From Octopus vulgaris (lineage: Eukaryota): a DNA stretch of 64,000 bases. Made by a program: the position numbers and the translations under genes. Below are positions 26,384-38,830 of this stretch, piece after piece. Positions within the stretch are counted from its first letter, which is position 1, and each line of letters begins with the position of its first letter. The notes under the pieces are model-generated. The model had not been told where the DNA came from and ran no database searches. It saw only the letters and a program-made list of their open reading frames with translations. Location of the stretch: NCBI GenBank assembly GCA_951406725.2, contig OX597814.1, positions 94,426,001 to 94,490,000 on the forward strand, given 5' to 3'.

Positions 26384-27107
26384 ATATAGGAATATGTGTT
26401 GTTGAAGATTCACCTAAATTTCAAAAACTCTTAAATGTTTAAAATACATTTATTTACATATATACCAAATTAGCTTCAACAATATTTTTTGTTTATCAAT
26501 GCTAAAAGTTTAAAATTAGAAAAAAACATCTTTAAATGTTTCAATGTTGACAAACTAAAATGTTTCAATGTTGACAAATCAAAATGTTTCAATGTTGATA
26601 AATTAACATATTGAATGTTCATAGCAGTCAATAAAATTAAAACTGTATACCAATTTGTTTGAATGTACAAAGTTCATTAATTTTAGTGGTGGTCAACAAG
26701 TCATACTGAAAAAAAAAAAAAGAAACAAGTGTAAAATGAAAATCATAACAAAAATGGGAATTTGGTTTACAGTTTCTCTGATCCTCTTCTAATAGACGCT
26801 TTCGCTTGTAGTGGTATGCTTTGGGATTAGATACATTTTTTTTTCCGTGAGCGGATCTAATTTTTGATTAGTAAAGTACTGGTGACGTTTTTTTTTCCGT
26901 GGTCAAGCTTGTCGTTCTGCTTGGTAGATATCCTTGTGAATACGGTCATTGGTCGTTCCGGTTGGTTGGTTCTCTTAAAGGGTCATTTCGTTGTATTCGC
27001 TGAAGTTCGGTTTTGTCTGGTCTGGAGTTAGGTGACGTCAACCACTGGTGTTTGTAGAATTTCATCGGAATGGAGGCGGGTGATTTTCAACAATACATTT
27101 CCTATAT
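26384..27107. mobile_element. MITE-like element with ~30-bp imperfect terminal inverted repeats
   Basis: atataggaatatgtgttgttgaagattcacc (26384-26414) versus ggtgattttcaacaatacatttcctatat (27079-27107); internal 24-bp x3 tandem at ~26534-26604. Confidence 0.55.
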
Positions 27108-27114
27108 ATACACA

Positions 27115-27148
<34 letters not shown>

Positions 27149-27163
27149 CATACATACATACAC

Positions 27164-27198
<35 letters not shown>

Positions 27199-27243
27199 TG
27201 TATGTATGAATGTATGTATGTATATTTGTAAATGAAGGCTACT

Positions 27244-27449
27244 ATTGGTTTCATGTTAAGAAAAGTTGGAAAATATCCTAGGGTTTCAATAATTTTTCCA
27301 TCTGATCCCATGGAGGAAAGGTGTTCTTTTACATTTTGGAAAACACAAAGTCTTCCAAAGTGGAGACGAACACCTTTCCTCCACTTGATCGGTTTGAAAA
27401 ATTGTTATGACACAAGGACATTTTCCTACTTTCTTAACATAAAACCAAT
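27244..27449. repeat. Imperfect inverted repeat, ~97-bp arms, ~11-nt loop
   Basis: 27244-27341 matches the reverse complement of 27353-27449 (e.g. tggaggaaaggtgttc / gaacacctttcctcca); mirrored ORFs appear in the track. Confidence 0.9.
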
Positions 27450-27569
27450 TTACAAATATAAAAATTCTATCCACCAATGCCCTGTTGAGCACTCATTTAC
27501 ATCGTTCGACATTTACATATATGTATTAGTATAAGCTATTTAAGTCTTTCTGCTCTGAAGGCTTGAAAT

Positions 27570-27990
27570 GAGTATTATGAAATTATCAAAGGAAACACAA
27601 AGGACGGAGATTGTTACTCTTAAGGTGATACAGCGAAATAAGGTGGAAATATAATACAAGATAGTGTAACAGCACAAGGCGTCGTACCGTCATTGTGAAA
27701 CATCAAAGCATAAAGCTCTTCAGTCGCAAATTTGAAAACGCCGGATAAAATCGCTTCAGCCTGATTTCTAGGAGTGAATCAAGAGACTAGCATCTTTTAG
27801 TCACAACAAAGGAAAAGGAGATAGAAAACGAACGTCACTCACAGAAACAACAACGAAGACAAGAAGAAGATTCTGCAACGTCACCACCCCGGCCATTTGT
27901 GATTTGAGCGGATTAGATCGAGGCTGACGTGACAAAGTTTGAGAAAGCACACGCACCTCTCACTTAAACATTATTGAAAACGGAAGCCAA
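27570..27990 (+). mobile_element. Possible very decayed RTE-type LINE 3' fragment
   Basis: Only scattered motif remnants (YKD-V, ICDLSG..LRKH) across frames. Confidence 0.25.
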
Positions 27991-28434
27991 AAAGATGAAG
28001 GAAGTGTACGTTTCCGTGAAGAGATCTATGTAAGAAATAAATATATTGCCTTTCATCCTTCTGGAATCAATAGGATATGTAGCAGTCTAGAATCGGGGTC
28101 GATATTATCAACTGTTCCCAGTTTACAGGATTTCTGACCTTGTGCCTAGGTAAGAACTCATTCTCAATATTGATTAGATTACGTAATGGAAAAAAATTTG
28201 TTTTCATTGTTTTGACTTTTGTTTTTTTTTTGTAGTAAGAAAATACTTTCAGATTATTTGAGGTCTGCCATATCACATTGTAAGGAAAAAGGTTATACTC
28301 TAATGATGCTTTTAGCTGAATTGATAATGTGGCAAACTGTTGTTTGAATCGATATACGCACATCAAAGTGGATACGCCTGTGAATACGCCTAGTTGCAGT
28401 AGTGCTAGCAGCCTCAATATTATATCTGATGCAT

Positions 28435-28888
28435 AAGGGCGGCGAGCGAGTAGAATCGTTAGCACGCCAGGCAAAATGCTTAGCGGGATTTCGTCCATCT
28501 TAATGTTCCGAGTTTAAATGACGCCGAAGTCGACCTTGGCTTTCATCTTCTCGGGGTTCATAAATTAAGTGCCAGTTGCGTGCTAGGGTCGATATAATCA
28601 ACCTAATCCCCCCTCCCCACAAAAATATTGCCGGCCTTGTGCCAAAATTTTAAATCAATATTATATATTATATAAGGTGGTGAACTGGCAGAATTGTTAG
28701 CACGCCAGGCAAAATGCTTTGTGGTATTTCGTTCGTCTTTACGTTCTGACTTCAAATTCTGCCGTAGTCGATCTCAAATTTCATCCTTTGAAGGTCGAAG
28801 CAGTAAGTACCAGTTATTCACTGAGAACTATGTAATCGACTTCCGCCGAAATTACTAGCTTTGGGCAGGAATTGGAAGCCAATATTAT
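28435..28888 (+). mobile_element. Two tandem SINE family A copies
   Basis: Copies at 28435-28662 and 28673-28888, each bounded by caatattatat. Confidence 0.85.
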
Positions 28889-29715
28889 ATACCACATCTC
28901 AACCGCCGAGTTGTACACATACAAAGGGAGATTTTCAAAAATAGTAAACACGACACTAAAGCAGACTCAATTTCAAGACAAACATTTAAAACAATTTGAA
29001 AGCCAAAAAAAACGTCGACTTAATTGATAAACAAGTCTGTAAACAATAACAAGGAGCAAGGCAAATAATTGTTCTCGTTGTTGTTGTTACGCCAACCCGA
29101 GCCATTTTTATCTCATTCTGGTTTACATTTTATAAGACGACTGGATGTAATTCGAGAAAAGCTTCTCTTTCTAGCAGATCAAGCTGCCACGTAGAATAAA
29201 TACTTCCATAATTTTAAAAATATAAAACCTCCAATTTTCTCATGCCTCTTTCCATATTCTTTTGTGGTTCAGAATAAATAACCTGAAGTAACGTGATATA
29301 TTGTTTCGTGATGGTTTCCATATTCTGTAGTTATTTATTATATGGTGCTGTATGATAGGGATTTTGTTCCTATATTCTGCTTCATTACACCCTTTTGTTC
29401 GTTACTGGCTGTTTCTTGTAGTTATGAGTTGATTCAATAGATTAATTGTTTTGCGATATTTTATTACATCTTTACCGAGATCAGTCGTGTCCTTATTATT
29501 CTACAACAATCAAATTCTATAGCCGATTTAGTCTACTGTACTCTTCTCTAAACAACTTACTGCTTTGTGCTAATGTTACCCAATCATTATTATTGTTGAT
29601 TTTATTATCTTTTCGGCTTCCCAAGTAGAAACATTTTGTTGAATATAACAGACGAGTTTTGAACAATAGAAAATAACACACACGCTATTGAACGTGAATA
29701 TCTTTTAAAATCATT

Positions 29716-30143
29716 TTCCATGGTTCTTGGTTCAGTCCCACTGCATGGCACCTTTGGCAAGTGTCTCCTGCTGTAGCCTCGGGCCGACCAAAGCCTCTTG
29801 AGAGTGGATTTAGTAGACGGAAAATGAAAGAAGCTCGTTGTATGTATATATTTATATATATGTGTGTGCGTGTGTGTGTGCGTGTGTGTGTGTATGTATG
29901 TATGTATTATGTATGTATGTATATAAGTATGTATGTATTAATGTGTGTGTATGTTTGTGTTTGTTGCCCTGTCATTGCTTGACAACCGATACTCGTGTGT
30001 TTATGTCCCCTTAACTTAGCGGTTTGGTAAAAGAACCGATAGAATAAGTACTGGGTCGATTTCTTCGATTAAAACACTCGAGGTAGTGCTCCAGCGTGGC
30101 CACAGTCAAGTGACTGAAACAAGTAAACGAATATAAAAGAATA
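29716..30143 (+). mobile_element. SINE family D with internal (TG/TA) microsatellite
   Basis: ggttcagtcccactgc...tagacggaaa, microsatellite, then gtgctccagcgtggccacagtc...tgactgaaacaagtaa. Confidence 0.85.
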
Positions 30144-30333
30144 TATCATATCAAGCGTGAATAGAACAAGAAATAAGAATATTATTTACCTGAAATAGGT
30201 GAAGAGGGTGCTGGTTTGCGAGCTGTAAAATAGAGAACAAATATCATTAATATTGATAAAAGCTTATTTATAAAAATGGTTAAAGGATTAAATGTTCTTA
30301 TCAATTTATAAACAAAATTTATGAATAATCGGT

Positions 30334-30797
30334 AAAGACGGCGAGCTGGTAGAGTTATTAGCATGAAGGGGATAATGCTTAGCGGCATTTCGTCTGAGTT
30401 CATATTCTGCCGAAATGTGACCTTGCTTTTCATCTTTTTCGGGGTTCTTAAAATAAGTATTAGTTGAATACTAGGCTCGATGTAATCAACGTACCGCCTC
30501 TGCTGTACCCCTAAAATCAACGTACCCCTAAAACTGCTGGCCTTGTGCCAAAATTTGAAACCAATATTAAGAAGTATTAACGTGGTGAGCTGGCAGAAAC
30601 GTTAACATACTGGAGAAAATGCTTAACAGCATTTCGTCTGGCTTTATGTTATGAGTTCAAATTCTGCCGAGGGTGACTTTGCTTTTCATCCTTTCGAAGT
30701 CGATGAAATAAGTATCAGTCTGCACTAGGGTTGAAGTAATCGTATTAACCTCTTTCCCGTAATTGCTGGCTTCGTGCTAAATTTTGAAACTAATATT
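30334..30797 (+). mobile_element. Two tandem SINE family A copies
   Basis: Copies at 30334-30570 and 30580-30797 with the family head and ttgtgccaaaatttgaaac-type end. Confidence 0.85.
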
Positions 30798-31164
30798 CTC
30801 TGTCGTCATTTTTAGTATGCCTCACTCTCAGCTACATTTGGACATTTTGATAACAAGAAAACTTTGAAGTTTACTATCATCATTGGGTGAGAGATTAATG
30901 CATGCCCTCAAAGTGACGTTGGGGTACAAATATACGAAGCACAATATACCCATTATGACTACCCGTCTGATAAAGGTACACAAGGTAAATGCATCACAAC
31001 CATGTGTGTGATATGGTGATCTCATTTCAAGATAAACAACGCATGACCTTGCAGATGAGGTCAGTTCGAATATTCTTCAGGCCTAGTAGCCTATCATGCT
31101 CAAAAGATCCCTGAATTAAGTTTGCTTAGGGATGATGAACGAAACACTCATGTTTCCTGGGATG

Positions 31165-31188
31165 AATTATTATTATTATTATTATTAT

Positions 31189-31276
<88 letters not shown>

Positions 31277-31290
31277 TCTTGTTGTTGTTA
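31165..31290. repeat. (TTA)n(GTA)n trinucleotide microsatellite
   Basis: Directly visible. Confidence 0.95.
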
Positions 31291-31587
31291 ACAAGTCAGC
31301 TTTGATGAGAGGACGTGTCTAAAGGCGCTCTAACCATGATATTTGAGTCAATTTTCAATGTCATTACGCAATATCTCCTTTAATTTTGAAAATGGTTGTA
31401 TGCTGTAAGGGAAGTTTAGCTGCTATTTCTTATTTGAGTGACTATTTTGCAACTCCTACGTTGACTAAAACATCCCGACATAGGTTGCAAGGCGGTATTA
31501 GAAAAACTATATTTTCAAGGAGCATCTGATTTACTTGCAAATGTTAATCATAAATAACTCCTTTCTGAACCCTAACGCTTAATTCTT

Positions 31588-31805
31588 CTTTCCTTTTCTA
31601 CTCTAGGCACAAGGCCCGAAGTTTTGGGGCGGGGGCCAGTCGATTAGATCGACCCCAGAACGCAACTGGTACTTAATTTATCGACCCCGAAAGGATGAAA
31701 GGCAAAGTCGACCTCGGTTGAATTTGAACTTAGAACGTAAAGACAGACGAAAAACCGCTAGGCATTTCGCCCGGAGTGCTAACGTTTCTGCCAGCTCAAC
31801 GCCAT
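31588..31805 (-). mobile_element. SINE family A, young copy with 17-bp TSD
   Basis: TSD cctaacgcttaattctt at 31571-31587 and 31806-31822. Confidence 0.92.
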
Positions 31806-31936
31806 CCTAACGCTTAATTCTTTTTTCATTATGTGAAATAGGTGATGTACGTCATTTTAACACATCTTATAGACGAGTGAATGAAGAATTTTCCATAGAG
31901 TCGTTCAAAATGCTTGAAACAGAAACTAAATCTTAC

Positions 31937-32123
31937 GTAAATGGTATCCAACTGTTTCAAAAACAAAGAATCATGCTGAATAATGTAATTCTTGATAAAC
32001 AGTTTCTGGAATTGTACAGAGTTGATGACAGTTAAACTTTTGTCATAGATCAGTTCAATCGCAGTTGATCTGGGGATAAAACTCAACATCTCATTGATAC
32101 TGGAAAATGGATCCTCCCTGTCT
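31937..32123 (-). CDS. Candidate exon 3 (DREDPFSSINEMLSFIPRSTAIELIYDKSLTVINSVQFQKLFIKNYIIQHDSLFLKQLDTIY)
   Basis: Acceptor ggtttccag|, donor TAC|GTAAGA; 187 nt open, phase 2 to 0, non-repetitive and protein-like. Confidence 0.55.
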
Positions 32124-32814
32124 CTGGAAACCGTAATATATAAGTATAGTACGAACGTAACTGATACTGAGTGGTCAAACAAAATGAGCATTACCCCATT
32201 CATTCTAAAAGTAGAATGATTGAAATGAAACATTATCTAATCATTTCCGCTTCACTCCTTATAAACATAGTACCACGATAGATAATACGTAGCAAGAATT
32301 TAATATATATGGAAATAACACATACATACACAAACATAAATATATATCATATAATATCATATGAACTGATATGATATGATATTATATATATATATATATA
32401 TATATGTATGACTCGAATATATGAAATGAAAATAACATTTTAAAATTCTGTTCCCACGATGGAAAAACATCTATATGATATCGGCACAATATGTGTTATC
32501 AGATAATTAAAGTTTTCATTAAAAATGCCTGTGCAGACATTGAAAGTACGTTGAATAAATTCTCTATAGGCTAGCGTATATTAGAGATAGGTACAAAGAG
32601 TTATAGATTTGAAACGTTTAATTTTATGTCTGCGACAGCTGTTCATTGTTTTGCAGTGTTTTCTTCACGATATTGGATTTTTTTCTAGAGAGAGTGAGAG
32701 TGTATATAAGTTCTGTTGGTTTGCTTCCGCTTGAATTATACATTTATCAAAAATATCTAGAAATAAATATTACACACATACACTCGTAACTCGTACGCAC
32801 ACATATACACACAC

Positions 32815-33190
<376 letters not shown>

Positions 33191-33704
33191 ATACATGTCT
33201 ATGTATTCGTATACAAAAGTTCGTAATAATGATTTCTTTTCAGACAAAATGCCAATCTGGTAAGGGGAAATGTATAGAGGTATAGCTATAATCATACACC
33301 AAATAATCTCTGACAATATTGTATATGAACGGGGATTTGCGTTTATCTTCGAATGTTTTATGCTTTATGCTTACACCGAATTGAGATTCTCTTGGCTGAT
33401 GGATTCTATAGACCATCATAGAGTATATACCTTCACGTAGTATATAATTCTAGAATAAAGCGGATTTAGAAAAGAAAAAGATCCGAGTTACTTGATACTT
33501 GAATAAGCATTTGCAGAGATTTCTTTATGATGAAGTATTTGGTTTTCTGCCTGTATCTCACAATTCTTTATTGCATTCGAGTTATATAAATTTTATGGGT
33601 TATATATAAATATGTATGTATATACGTACGTACGTGTATACATTTATATTATATATATGTATGTGTATATATACGAATGTGTATGTATATATTTATATGT
33701 ATAT

Positions 33705-33752
<48 letters not shown>

Positions 33753-33855
33753 CGTACGTATTTATGTATATATGTATATGTATGTATATACGGACAGATG
33801 TATATATAATATATATATATATATAGATAGATAGATATAGATATACATATAGATA

Positions 33856-35010
33856 TTGGGTCATCCCATAAATAATGCGGTATTTTAATCGCATGAACTA
33901 AAAGTCGAAGTGGGACGGGATATACTACGAGCATCAACTTGCTATAAAAGCAGGTACTAATTTTACCTTGGCTTTATTCTTAGTGCACGTTTTGAAGAAT
34001 GCAGTTCGATCGTAACTATTATTTTTTCAAAGCTATAATGGAAGTGACAAAGGAGCATATACGACATATTTTGCTTTCTGAATCTAATAATGGCAACAAC
34101 GCAACGGAAAGTGCGAGAAATATCAATGCAGTATATGGAGATTGCTCAATAAGCCTAACAGTGGTTCCAGAAATTCCGAGCCAGAAACTACAGCCTAGAA
34201 GACGAGCGTCGTCCTGAAAGATCTGTAGAGCTCGTCAAGGACGTCCTGGTAGAATAAAATTCCCTCGTAACTGTTGAGGAACTAGCATAGAATCTTAGAT
34301 TTGGTTATTAGACCATTCATCGACACCTGCGTGCCATGGGAAACGTCACAGGGTTCCTCGCAAACCTTTCTACTCTATCGCGCATGGAAAGTGAATTCGT
34401 GATCTTTTGGGACCGAATAGTGTCCGAGAAATGAGTTCTCTATGAAAATATCAGGCGCCGAAGACAGTGCGTAAGGAAAGGAGAAACACTGGCAACCCAG
34501 GTTAAAGAAGGTCTTCACCCACGTAAGGTGTTACTGTTTTGTGAGATATGAAAGGTTTAGACCACTTTGAACGTTTAAACCCAAACCAAAAGATAAGAAA
34601 GCAGATCTACTGCAAGCAGCTTCAGCGGCTTAAGTCAGCGCTCGAAGAAAAACGACCATATTTGGTTTCAAGATGAAAAGTATTCTTGCATCACGATAAT
34701 ACTCGGCCATATACAACGAGGATGACATTCCAAATGCTGGAGAAGTTTAAATGAGATTATAATTTATTATGGGGTTATCATTTATTCTGCAGTCTTCAAA
34801 ATCATTGGGACGGAATAAATATGAATTCTGTAGACGAGGTCAAAACAGTACTGGTGAAGTATTTTTTCGTCACGGATAAGTGAATTTTGAAATAGGGGCC
34901 CTGCAAGTCTACCAGATAGATGGAAAAGCATTATAGAAAATGAAGGAGAGTATATATAAGGTCCATAAAGAACTTTGTTCATCTTAATTTTGAAAAATGA
35001 AATATTAAAA
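33856..35010 (+). mobile_element. Decayed mariner transposon (second family); right TIR not found
   Basis: TA + ttgggtcatcccataaataatgcggt left TIR; ATG at 34038 gives MEVTKEHIRHILL...ARNINAVYG...WFQKFR..NYSLEDE, later HDN and LPDRWKSIIENEGEY; many stops and indels. Confidence 0.85.
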
Positions 35011-35440
35011 TTACCCAAACACGACAACTTTAACACGAAATAACTTCTAAAAGTGTAAACCGTGTTCTGCGTGAGAAATTCTACCAGTATTCGAAGTTTC
35101 AAACTGTTTAGTTAAAAAAGAAATTAATTAAAAATCTGTAATTGAGATGGAATAGATCCAGTTATGTTGACATTGATCTTAAAATTGTTTTTAAGCGACT
35201 CTCTGGATATTTTTGCAAAGACCTTGGCACACAAAGAAGAAAATTTTACGAGAGAAAGAGCGAGAGAGCAGATAATATACACATACGCATATATAAATAT
35301 ATGCGTATGAGACTGTTTTATATCCGGCATACTCATTTAAAGCAGTATTTAATTTAACCATCTATGTATCATAGTTAAAGTGTATGCATTGTTTAAAGGT
35401 CAGTATTTATCCTGATATGACATCTCTTGTGAACTTACTC

Positions 35441-35566
35441 TGTTAAAAACACGTCAAATATCAGAGAGAGAGAGAGCGAGAGATGGATGATTGGCCACTG
35501 CTGGTACGAGTTTTCCTCTTTCTCTCCCCTCTGTCCTTTTCTCTGATAGCTTTTCTGTTTTTAACA
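35441..35566. repeat. Small palindromic element
   Basis: Perfect 11-bp inverted ends tgttaaaaaca/tgtttttaaca, inner tatcagaga/tctctgata, GA-rich left and CT-rich right. Confidence 0.6.
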
Positions 35567-36333
35567 CAAGACTATAAGAGATATTATTATAAGGGCAAAT
35601 ACTGCCGTACCTTAACAATCAACATTGTGTTTATATTAACTATGATACATAGATGACTATTTCGTACTTTAATATGGATGTGGATATTCGTTAACTTTAA
35701 CAGAAACCATGCAGAAATAATACATGAAAAGAAAAGACATAATAGAAACGTCAAAGATACAGGAAGGATAGGAGATGGAGGAAAATTAGCACTTTTACGA
35801 AAACTATTTTATTATAGTACTTGTATAGTTTATAATAATATAAACAATTCGTATATACCAACGGATGTCGTATGCAATTTTGTTTTTAGTCAAAATCTAA
35901 TTTCAAATGTCTGAAATGAGATTTGTATAATGTGTGAATCAGATGCGTGAAATACGTTTCTCTAGAAAAGCTATTTACAAATATCTCTTTAGAATTCGAT
36001 TTGTTGTTCACCCAAAAAATTAGCAGCACATACCGTAGAAAATATAGTTTGTGTTTTTGTTGTTTTCTATTATATCATTCAATGTATCACTTATACTTTT
36101 TTTTTTAAATTACAATTATTTTATTTTACACAAATTTCAAACAAACTTCAATGAATTATTTTTCAAATGGAAATAGGCACATAATATTCGCAGTCATAAT
36201 CATATGCATACAGATGCACGCACACACACAAACACACACAAAAACACACACACACATATAAATATTTGTATATGTATATATGTATATATATATATGTGTA
36301 TATATGTATGTATATATATATATGTATGTATGC

Positions 36334-36364
<31 letters not shown>

Positions 36365-36406
36365 TATACGCATATATATACATATATATATACATATATA
36401 TGAATA

Positions 36407-36448
<42 letters not shown>

Positions 36449-36554
36449 CAAACACACACTCTCGTACACTCTTTTAGGCTATATAGTTTTAAATTTTACA
36501 CGTTGCAAGAAACATAAACACACACCTACACAGTCTCAAACCCACACCTCAACC

Positions 36555-37550
36555 AGTCACTGCAATAATTCTACCAAATATACTGTGGGAGGATGCTACC
36601 TCTCAAAGGCTGTATTTTGTAGAGTCACGCTCACACTATTCGATAGCACCACCAGACTCTACACGTACTCGATAGCCAATAACTTTAATGCAAGACATAC
36701 ACAGCTCAGGCACTCTTCCAGCTTCGTGAGTATGGAACACTTCACCTCTCTGTCTTACTTCATCTGGAGATATCGTGACGATGGAAATAACTTCCCCAAC
36801 ATAAAATGGAGTATTCTTGATGGGAGTTCTCCTTACTCAGGTTCAGCATGATATTACCCATTTTTCTCAGTGAGAAACTACCCACACTCCACCAACCCGC
36901 TCTGTCCATCAATAAAAAAAAATTAACACCATTCTAGCCACCTTCTTAATAAACTTCAAATCCCTTGCTGTTGGAAATCCGGATGTACCACCCTACACCT
37001 AGCTGATCCACACACGAGGGCAGGATACTTAATCCCTGCCCCTAGTATATCGCAGAGTCAATTCATATGGGTCGTATAACCGATCTCTGTCAAAATAGTC
37101 ACTTCCATGTGTATATATTTTGTAGTCAAATTCCATTGAAGAAACCACTTATTATCGCCGTCACCTTACCTTCCATCTGTGCTACCCAATAAAGGAATTT
37201 ATATCACCATCATCCTACCAACTTCCTGTCCGAAGGCTTGGACCGAAAGGTAACAAAAATACCGAGGCTACTTTGATATTATTAACAACATTGACGTAAG
37301 CTGCCTGATAGTGGCCTAAAGCCTTCAGTATTTCACAAAATGTAATGGGATGGGCATGTCCTGTGCACTCACGAAACACTCAGTCACATAGAGCTAAAGG
37401 AAACTCTTATTAAATGCATGTACCACCAACTGAATGTGCTGATATTTTCGTTCTTTCACTCAAAATATCCTTCTTCCTACTTGAAAACTTATTATGATAG
37501 CATGAAATTATAACATTACGACCAACTACTCAGTCATCATTAAATCGGTC
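36555..37550 (+). mobile_element. Old Penelope-like element (GIY-YIG remnant plus putative 3' pLTR)
   Basis: C...[14 protein letters not shown]...NNFNAR...[12 protein letters not shown]...[13 protein letters not shown] resembles the PLE endonuclease C-terminus; hammerhead-like motif downstream. 3' boundary approximate. Confidence 0.65.
37305..37385 (+). ncRNA. Degenerate type I hammerhead ribozyme-like motif
   Basis: CTGAT(-)A-GTG...CAC-GAAAC-actca-GTC; G8 missing and stem I weak. Confidence 0.35.
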
Positions 37551-37663
37551 AACTGTGTAAATATTTTATTTCAATATATATATATACAAACATAAAATTA
37601 CTGTGCATTTTGCGTCTTTTTATAACTTTTATTACAATTATTTTTTCTCGAACCTTTTTACTA

Positions 37664-37732
<69 letters not shown>

Positions 37733-38462
37733 AATAACATATGAACTCAGTGATTAATTGTTTAAAGGTATCTCAACTTCTAGGTAGAGCAGACCGAACG
37801 CGTGTTGGCAGTTTGTATGAACTCTATATGAGAAGGAAAGCTAATCTTAAGAATCAATAATTCTTCGAAACATGCCATAAAGGAAATGACTGCCTTATTA
37901 CATTGTCTTCAGCAAGCGAAGCGCTGTAATTTGCATAAATGAAATGAAAATGAAGTACCTTCTACAAGTTGACCCAAAGTATCACAGAGTGAGACTGAAT
38001 CCGAAACATTGTAGTTGGGAATCAATCTTCTTACCCCACTGTCTTATTTCAAAACTTATCCAGAAACAAGAAGATTCTTGCTACCAAACTTAGTTTCTCC
38101 TGAAAAAATCTGACAAAAGGCAGTTTATGTAACGCTTAAAACTAGTTCCATCCAAAAGATATATAAAATTACATTCATTTGTTTATTTTCATAGCACTAT
38201 TATGTATTCATCACATACGTGCATCAAAATATAATTTTTAATAACAACATTGTAATATAGTCAATATTTTCTACTCACTGATTCAATATGAAAATTCTGA
38301 GTATTTATTTTCTCACCAGCTTTAACTGATTCAACTAATTACTTCATAACCTAAACTAAATTCAGTAACTCTCTAACTAGGATTGCAGATTACGTAATTT
38401 TTCTCATTCTAATTCAAGTATATATACATACACGTGTGAATGTGTATATATGTATGTATTGA

Positions 38463-38830
38463 TTTTAGCAGTTGAAATATGCTACAAACATACTTTGACT
38501 AGCCAAAGTTTTACTTATGCTTAAACAATGTGGCGCTAATATTTCGTTATTTTCCACACTCGAGCGATCTACCAAATCAGTCAACGTTATTGACTGCATT
38601 TTACATAACGCTTTTGCCTTATACGATTTTTCATAGTTGCCTATCTTAGGAACACACCCTTGATAAAAGCCAACCAGCTTGAAACATCGATATCTGGGAA
38701 TCCTAATGGATGGCTACACTGAACAAATAGGGTGTTTTCACACACTTTTACAATGAGAAATATTTTTCCTTCGGTAATTGCAGTGAATTTGCCTTTTAGC
38801 AGTTGAAATATGTTACAAACTTACTTTAAC
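38463..38830. repeat. 37-bp direct repeats 331 bp apart
   Basis: ttttagcagttgaaatatgctacaaacatactttgac versus ttttagcagttgaaatatgttacaaacttactttaac. Confidence 0.8.

Noticed and set aside
26534-26604. 24-bp x3 repeat as CRISPR-like array
   Set aside because: No unique spacers, no cas genes, eukaryotic context.
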